From positions 116,996,001 to 117,060,000 of the forward strand of contig NC_086097.1 of the NCBI RefSeq assembly GCF_963921235.1: a stretch of 64,000 nt of DNA, in the 5' to 3' direction. Numbering within the stretch: position 1 is the stretch's first letter; each line of letters starts with the position of its first letter. The notes beneath the pieces are model-generated. The model made no database searches. It was not told the origin of the DNA and saw only the letters and a list, made by a program, of their open reading frames with translations. Of this stretch, positions 56,815 through 64,000 are shown piece by piece. The DNA is from Mobula hypostoma (Eukaryota). A program made the position numbers and the translations under genes.

Positions 56815-58352
56815 TTGTCTGTCTGTCTAGGTACCATTTCCGATGCGGACTTTGGTGAACATGGTTTTCCATATAGATCTATCCTTTGTTTTTGGGATGA
56901 CTTCTATTTCCTCGATGTGTAGCCACCTGGCTATGCTTTTGATGTACGTAAGCTGAGGTCTTCCTCTAGGTTTACTCCCCTCAATCTTTCCAGAGAGTAT
57001 GAGTTTTTCTAGTTTATCTTTCCACATGATGTGTCCTAGGAATCTGAGTTGTCTTTCTCTTATTATTGGTATGAGCGATTGAACTGCTTGGGCTCTTCTG
57101 GGAACTTCTTCATTTGATGTGTGCGTGGTCCATGATATTTTTAACATTCTCCTGTAGAACCATAATTCAGCTGCTTCTAGTCTCTTTTCCATTGCTGGAG
57201 AAATGGTCCAGCATTCACTTCCATAAGTCAGGATAGAATAAATGTAGCACTGCAGTATTCTGTTTTTAGCGTGCATGCTCATCTTTCTGTCTGTTAATAT
57301 GGTCTTCATTTTTTGGAAAGCTTCTTTCGCCATTGCTATTCTGTATTTGATATCCGTGTCGCACCTGCCATTACTTGTTATTAGGCTGCCAAGATATTTG
57401 AATTTGTTGACTTGTTTGATGTTTGTATTTCCGATCTTGATCAGACATTGTGGGATGTTTGTCTTTCTGAAGATGACCATGCTTTCTGTCTTCTTGGTGT
57501 TGATTGAGAGGCCTCTGTGATTACTTTCTGCTGCCACTATAGTGAGTAGTTCTTGAAGTTTTGTTTCTGAGTCAGCTGCTAGTACGATGTCATCAGCATA
57601 TCTGATGTTATTTTTATTATGGGCTCCAATTGTGAATCCTTTGATGTCTTTGATACTTCTGAAGATATTTTCACTACACAGGTTGAATAAGTTTGTCGAA
57701 AAGACACATCCTTGCCTGGATCCTCTCATGATATTCACATACTCACTCACTTCTCCTTCTATTCTGATGGATGCTGTCTGGTCCCAGTGTAATTTTCTTA
57801 AGAAATGTATATCTTTCCCATCTATGTCAAGATCTTGAAGCATTTCCAGAAGATCTTGCTGTCTGACAGTATCAAAAGCTTTCGTATAGTCAATGAAACA
57901 TAGGTAGATGTCTTTTGGTACCTGGATGGCTCGTTCACAGATCATCCGTAGCATGAAAATTGCATTTCTGGTTCCAGTGTTTTCCACAAAGCTGTACTGT
58001 TCTTTACTGATTTCTGGTTTTATACAGCATCTTGCTCTCATCATGATTACTCTGAGAATAACTTTTGCCACGTGGCTCATCAGGCTTATTGTACGATGTA
58101 ACTCACATTCTGTTGCTCCCTCTTTCTTTGGAAGTGTGATGAACACTGATTTACTTAAATCATCAGGTATCTCCCCATGATCATAGATTTCATTTGCTAT
58201 TTCTGTTATTTTCTTTAGTCCAAAATCTTCTAAGGTCAGTATCATTTCAACAGCAATGTTGTCTGGACCAGTTGCTCTGTTATGTTTAGTTTTATTTACG
58301 GCTGCTGTAATTTCTGATCCATAAAGACCTTCAGATAAAGATCCATAATGGA
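56815..58352 (-). mobile_element. 5'-truncated RTE-clade LINE
   Basis: (AGAC)n tail directly after the stop codon. 9-bp TSD CTTCAGATC at 56806-56814 and 58353-58361. Confidence 0.9.
56827..58317 (-). CDS. RTE reverse transcriptase, uninterrupted frame of about 495 codons, N-terminally truncated
   Basis: ATGPDNI, HRTISLMSH, FIDYTKAFD, RQGCVFS, IRYADD, FKYLGS, LTYGSECW, GKIEGSKPRGRP. No stops to the C-terminus. Confidence 0.8.
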   Translation of the reverse strand, partial: SEITAAVNKTKHNRATGPDNIAVEMILTLEDFGLKKITEIANEIYDHGEIPDDLSKSVFITLPKKEGATECELHRTISLMSHVAKVILRVIMMRARCCIKPEISKEQYSFVENTGTRNAIFMLRMICERAIQVPKDIYLCFIDYTKAFDTVRQQDLLEMLQDLDIDGKDIHFLRKLHWDQTASIRIEGEVSEYVNIMRGSRQGCVFSTNLFNLCSENIFRSIKDIKGFTIGAHNKNNIRYADDIVLAADSETKLQELLTIVAAESNHRGLSINTKKTESMVIFRKTNIPQCLIKIGNTNIKQVNKFKYLGSLITSNGRCDTDIKYRIAMAKEAFQKMKTILTDRKMSMHAKNRILQCYIYSILTYGSECWTISPAMEKRLEAAELWFYRRMLKISWTTHTSNEEVPRRAQAVQSLIPIIRERQLRFLGHIMWKDKLEKLILSGKIEGSKPRGRPQLTYIKSIARWLHIEEIEVIPKTKDRSIWKTMFTKVRIGNGT

Positions 58353-58928
58353 CTTCAGATCCATAAAGTGTAAAAGAGAGGTGAGAGTAGATATCAGACT
58401 GCTGGAAAACGATGCTGGAGAAATAGTAATGGGGGACATGCAAGTAGTGGATAAACTGAATATATTTTGCATCAGTCTTCACTGTGGAAGACACTAACAG
58501 TATGGTGGAAGTTTCAGGTGTCATGGGGTGTGAAGTGTGTGTGAAGTTATCATAACTAGAGAGAAGGTTCTTGAGAAACTAAAAGGTCTGAAGGTAGATA
58601 TGTCACCTGGACCAGATGGTGAACACTCCAGAGTTCTGAAAGAGGTAGCTGAAGAGATTGTGGAGGCATTAGTAATGATCTTTCAAGAATCACTAGATTT
58701 TGGAATGGTTCCAGAAAATTGGAAAATTGCAAATGTCACTCCACACTTCAAGAAGGGAGAGAGGCAGAAGAAAAGAAACTATAGACCAGTTAGTCTGACC
58801 TCTGTGATTGGGAAGATGTTGGAGTTGATTGTTAGAGATGAGGTCTCAGGGTACTTGGAGGCATATGATAAAATAGGCTATAGTCAGCACGGTTTCCTTA
58901 AGGGAAAATCTTGCCTGATTGATCTAAA

Positions 58929-59030
58929 TCATAGAAACATAGAAAACTTACAGCACAATACAGGCCCTTCGGCCCACAAAGCTGTGTCAAACATGTCCTT
59001 ACCTTAGAAATTACCTAGGGCTAGCCATAG
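58929..59030 (-). mobile_element. Short antisense CR1 tail at a deletion in the host CR1
   Basis: CATAGAAACATAGAAAACTTACAGCAC... is related to the 3' UTR at 48790-48900. No TSD; host sequence between GKSCL and the DKGE motif is missing. Confidence 0.7.
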
Positions 59031-59427
59031 ACAAAGGAGAATCGGTTCATGTTGTCTGCTTGGATTTTCAGAAGGCTTTTGACAAGATACACACGTGAGG
59101 CTGCTTAACATGCTGTGAGCCCAACGGTATTACAGGAAAGGTTCTAGCATGGATAAATAGTGGCTGATTGACAGGAGACAAAGAGTGGAAATAAATGAAG
59201 CCATTTCTAGTTGACTGCCGATCACTAGTGGTGTTCCACAGGGGTTTATGTTGGGACCGATTCTTTTTACGTTATATGTCAATGATTTGGATAATGGAAT
59301 TGATTGCTTTGTTGAAAATTTGCAGATTGTAGGAAGATAGGTGAAAGGGCAGGTACATTTGATGAAGTAGAGAAGCTACAGAAAGACATAGATTTGAAGA
59401 ATGGGCTAAGAATTGGCATATGGAATA

Positions 59428-60853
59428 CAGGTTCCTCTGCCCGCGCCCCGCCCCCCCCCCATCCGAAGGTACAGCGTTCCTATGAAATGGTTCGTAAGCC
59501 AGAATGTCATAAAGTGAAGAAGCAATTACCATTTATTTATATGGGAAAAATTTTTGAGCGTTCCCAGACCCAAAAAATAACCTACAAAATCATGCCAAAT
59601 AACACATAAAACTTAAAATAACAGTAACATTTAGTAAAAGCAGGAATGATATGATAAATACACAGCCTATATAAAATAGAAATACTTTTCTGCAATCATT
59701 ACTGCACTGTCTAGCACAGCGAAAATCTCACACAAGCGCTCATGGCAGCACTCTCAGCAGAAACACACGGCGCAAGCACTCTCAGCAAGAACACTCTCTC
59801 CAGTAACCTTTAAGCTATGAAGCTGCCAAATCATACCAAATAACGCCTAAAAATACACAGCCTATATAAAGTAGAAATAATGTATGTACAGTGTAGTATC
59901 ACTTACCGGAATCGGGAAGACTGCGGGCACACTGATGATGGTGTGTTAGGCTGAGTCATCAGAGGTTGGTGTGGTGGGAAACTGGGGTGTCATCTCATCG
60001 TAGTCTGTTTCCATCAGAGCAGGCAGGTCATCTTCTTCTATGCTTGCCTCGATGTCGAAGGTCGAGGTTCATCGTCTGCTGTGGCTGATGTGGAAGGCTT
60101 GAAAAATGACAGTATGCTTGACTGCTTAGCCTTGCGCATTTTTCTATCATACAGTTCTTTGTAAGCACTCAAACCATCCTGCAAATATGCCCTAAACCTA
60201 CATACCCTTTCAAAATTAAAGTCATACTTTTCTGCAATCATTGCAGTGTTGTCAATTGCAGCAAAAATCTCACGCAGTAACTTCATGTTCACATCCTGGA
60301 AGACTTCACTTTCCGTCCATTCGCTACTGCATTCGGTTTTGATTGTTATCCTTTCCTCTTCCAATTGCTTCAGCTCTTCATCTATCAGTTCTTGGTCATG
60401 GGATGCCAAAACCTCTTCAACATCATCTTCGTCAACTTCCACGAGCCAAACTCACTTTGTCCTTACTTCATTCACCATGATCGAAATGCTTAATTATGTC
60501 TATTTTTAGGCTAAGTGTAACACCCTTACGAGCTCTTTTAGGCTTTTCCGATACCTTAGAACTCATCTTGCTAATAGAGGCTCAAAATAAATCAACATAA
60601 AGCACAGATGTCCACAGGCATGTGTTTAAGCAATGCCGGCTAGAATGCAGTTCCGGAGGAGGAGCTTGGCTGCTCAGGGCGCGAGCTGACTTATTTTGCG
60701 CACTGCCTTTTATCACGTTCTGCCTTTTTTCGCGCGCTACCTTTTTTCGTAACAGTGAAAACACCTTCTGTTAGCGAAAACAGGTAACTAATGTAGGTCT
60801 TTTGTAACAGCCAGGTGTCATAAAGCGAACATTCGAAGAGCTGGGGCCACCTG
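59428..60853 (-). mobile_element. Tigger/pogo non-autonomous element with transposase C-terminal remnant
   Basis: CAGGT...ACCTG termini with TA TSD (59426-59427 and 60854-60855). ORF 60038-60442(-) EVDEDDVEEVLASHDQEL...YKELYDRK...QSSILSFFKP is typical of Tigger transposase tails. Confidence 0.85.
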
Positions 60854-62469
60854 TACAGTGTAGGGAAGTGTACGATCATGCACTTTGGTAGAAGAAATGA
60901 AAATGTTGACTACTTTCTAAATGTAGAGAAAATACAAAAAAACTGAGCTGCAAATGGACATGGGAGTTCTTGTGCAGGACACCCTTAAAGTTAATTTGCA
61001 GATTGTGTCTGTGGTCGGGAAGGCAAATGCAACGTTAGCATTCATTTCAAGAGGACTAGAATATAAAAGCAAGGGTGAAATGTTGAAACTTTATAGAACA
61101 CTGGTGAGGCCTCAATTGGAGTATTGTGAACAGGTTTTGGCCCCTTATCTTCAAAAGGATGTGCTGAAACTGGAGAGGGTTCAAAGGAGATAATAAAAAT
61201 TATTTCAGAATTGAATGGCTTGTCAAATGAAGAGCATTTGATGGCTCTGGGACTGTATTCAGTAGAATTCAGAAGAATGAGGGGTGACCTCATTGAAACC
61301 TATCAAATGGTAAAAGGCCTTGATGGAGTTAATGTGGAGGGGATGTTTCCCATGGTGGGAGAGTCTAAGACCAGAGGGTGTAGCCTCAGAATAGAGGGGC
61401 GTCCTTTTAGAATGGAGATGAGGAAGAATTTCTTTAGCCTGAGAGTGGCATATCAGTGGAATTCTTTGCCATGGGCTGCTGTGGAGGCCAAGTCTTTATG
61501 TATGTTTAAGGTAGAGGTAGATAGATACGTGATTGGTCAGGGCATGAATGGATACGGGGAGAAGGCAGGAGATTGGGGCTGAGAGGAAAATTAAATCAGC
61601 CATGATGAAATGGCAGAGCAGACTGAATGGGCCAAATGGCCTAATCCTGCTCCTATATCTTGTGGTCTCGTATAACCACCTATTACAACAACGGTGTGCA
61701 GAAGAGCATCTCTCGATGCTCAACATGTTGAACCTTGAAGTAGATGGGCTACAGCAGCAGAAGACCATGAACATACAGTACACTGAGATGCCATTTTACT
61801 AGGTACAGGAGGCACGTAATAAAGTGGCACTAAGTGTACGTGCCCCCTTGTCCCCTTCTCCCTCCTTCAAGATAAAAGACACTTTTCTTCAAATGACAGT
61901 TGACTGATGTGCAATACCTACTCAGTCTTGTCTTCAAGTACACTGCCGGGAATACTGAGTGCTTCCAGCATTTGGGGTTCAATTCCACATCTCTGCAGCC
62001 TTTAAATGATGTCTAATATATATTAAAAATTATTGTTCATCTTTGCTATTTTCTTTAAGGCAATGCATTCTAAATCGTTATAGCACACTTTGTAATAAAA
62101 ATAAAACCATCTGTAATCCCTCTGGTGCTTCTCCCTTGCTGGCCTGCTAAGTTTATCCTTATTTACTGTATTAAAACATTGTATGGCTCTGAACAACTTG
62201 ATTACATCATCCATTAATATTCCCTTCTCCATGGAGAAGACTCCCAGCTTTTCTCGCTGATATTTATACAGTGATAGCCTGGAGAAATTTACTGTTTCTT
62301 AATGCAAAGGTGTTGACTTATAAAGATACTAATTCACAGGGCTTCCAGTTTTCTCTTGGAGCTGAGCAACCCACACACATGATGACCTAATCAACAGCAG
62401 TGATCTCACTTCTGAAGATATCCTTGTGCGAATTCCTTGCAAAGTTCTTCTCCAATCGTCAGTGGTAAG

Positions 62470-62639
62470 TTTGTGTTGGACTAGAGATTTCTGTATCTCA
62501 GACTTTGTGTTAGAGTGGAGATCTCCGCATCGCAGACTTTCTGTTGGGGTGGCGGTCTCTGCATCTCAGACTTTGTGTTGGACTAGAGATCTCTGCATCT
62601 CAGATTTTGCGTTGGACTGGAGGTCTCTGCATCTCAGAT
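62470..62639. repeat. 34-bp minisatellite, 5 diverged copies
   Basis: Unit TTTGTGTTGGACTAGAGATCTCTGCATCTCAGAC starting at 62470, 62504, 62538, 62572 and 62606. Confidence 0.9.
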
Positions 62640-63619
62640 ATCCAGATGGATACACAAATCAATGAAACAACATTTTAAAACATTAGAAGTCTGAGAAAAG
62701 CAAAAGCTTAAAAACAATTATAAAACCAAACTATTGAAGGATTAAATGCAATTAATTCAAAAGCTGGAAATATCCTGTTCTTTCGCAAGTTTAATGAAGA
62801 GTGAATCTACTTCTTCAACAGCTCTGATCTGGTTCAAATATTTCAGCTAGGTTCACTACCTTAATGTCTGTTGCAAGCTTCACTCAGATAAATACAGGCA
62901 AAGAGCATTCAGGAAGTACAAGCCTGCCCTTTTGTGTGCAATGTGCAAAAATTTCAGATATATACAACATTGGAATAATTCTACATCCATTCATTCAATC
63001 ATTTAAATTACATCAAGTTTAAAGAAAAAAAAATTGCCGTTGTATGATTTCACTTATAGCCTGGAAGGCAGCCATGAACTGCAAATCCATGTCTCCACTG
63101 ACATGCAAATATCAAAGATTGCTGATATTAACAGATCGAATGGTATGACATTGACAAAAACATTAACTTTCCATGGACACTGTCTAACCTCCTGAGTATT
63201 TTCAGCAACTTATGTGTTTATTTTAATATTAATAATTCTTGTTTCTTGGATATTCTATAAATAAGATGATCACATTATCATCCAATATGAACATCTGGTC
63301 GAACACAGTTCTAATAAGCAAGTATCAGCTGTGAATTCTGTATGTAAACCAGGACATTTTGAGTTTCTAGTGCTGGATGCAGAATTTCCAAGCCTATACA
63401 TGTTTCTATGGTTACAGGTAGAACATCTACAGTTCAGTAAATGAGTGATGAAGGATTGAATCTACAAGGACTTAATGCTTTATTTCTAGTCTGTGTTAGA
63501 ATTAGGTAATCTCAGTGGGGAGAGACAGAACTGAAATTTTACTCAGTCACCTTTAGAAAGCATTAGCTAAAGTTCCAGTACTTGGGTGTTTGATCACTTA
63601 AAAGAGTTTGAAAAGAGAT

Positions 63620-63920
63620 AGATTTTCTTTGTCACATGTACATCAAAACTTCGGAACATCACTGAAACGCATCATTCGTGCCAATGATCAACATAGTCCG
63701 AGGACTGTGCTTGGCAGCTCGCAAATGTTGCCAAGCTGCTGGTGCCAACATAGCATGCCCACAGTTCACTAACCTAACTTTAACTGTATATCTTTGGAAT
63801 GTGGGAGGAAACTGGAGCATCTGAGGAAAGTTAAACAAACTCAGGGAGAGTGTACAAACTTCTTACAGGCAGTGGTGGGAATCGGACTCTCACAGATGAT
63901 CATTGGCACTGTAAAGCACT
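63620..63920 (-). mobile_element. Degenerate V-SINE-related element
   Basis: CTTTGGAATGTGGGAGGAAACTGGAGCA...GGGAGAGTGTACAAACT is the reverse complement of the V-domain. Confidence 0.6.
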
Positions 63921-64000
63921 TGAAGGATGAATCCAAGTCTTCTCGTTAGACTAGACGACAGCTATTAGACAGCTAGTGTTGGCCTGCTGCCTATGTTCAT

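Larger units (their letters stand above)
56515..61670 (+). mobile_element. 5'-truncated CR1 LINE hosting RTE, CR1-tail and Tigger insertions
   Basis: SPGPDG...NYRPVSLTS...SQHGF at 58537-58917; C-terminus GLYSVEFRRMRGDLIET at 61211-61582; 3' UTR follows. Confidence 0.9.
56114..61836 (+). mobile_element. Non-autonomous Tc1 element split by a CR1
   Basis: Ends TA-CACTCAGTGGCCACTTT and AAAGTGGCACTAAGTG-TA. Transposase remnant LSDFDHGMIVGARQGGLSISEVADILG. Sequence breaks at about 56514 and resumes at about 61672. Confidence 0.8.

Noticed and set aside
58318..58524. N-terminal ~68 aa of the 565-aa ORF as a novel RTE leader or fusion
   Set aside because: It is antisense CR1 sequence plus junction filler, mostly outside the RTE TSD; the frame is open by chance.
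62470..62639. 34-bp repeats as CRISPR
   Set aside because: Head-to-tail diverged units with no spacers, in a eukaryotic context.

Overview
Eukaryotic genomic DNA made almost entirely of nested, mostly decayed transposable elements. The mix (CR1 LINEs with (TTTCTATG)n tails, Rex1/Babar and RTE LINEs, Penelope-like elements, HE1-like V-SINEs) suggests a cartilaginous fish such as a ray or shark; this is an inference. There are no prokaryotic genes, CRISPR arrays, rRNA or tRNA genes, and no host protein-coding gene can be named, although a few unique islands have exon-like splice signals. Four two-LTR Ty3/Gypsy elements are resolved with LTR ends and target-site duplications (TSDs): a Sushi-type non-autonomous element (3241-5672), a gag-pol element with two CCHC knuckles (8296-12759), a Gmr1-like SCAN-bearing element (24950-32712, minus) and a CsRn1-type element (40622-44942, minus). 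Also present are a degenerate PNMA-gag Gypsy, three solo LTRs and DNA transposons (Harbinger, piggyBac-like MITE, hAT/Buster, Tc1, Tigger, and a MITE family with 6-bp TSDs). The most interesting signals are: (1) the 8296 element has no tRNA primer site, and its PBS position is a perfect 15-nt complement of its own LTR poly(A)-signal region; (2) the Sushi derivative keeps a self-priming duplex across about 1 kb of tandem repeats; (3) a double-tailed chimeric CR1 inside one TSD; (4) a 228-bp-arm fold-back palindrome; (5) templated patchwork junctions. Family names come from motif recognition, not database searches.
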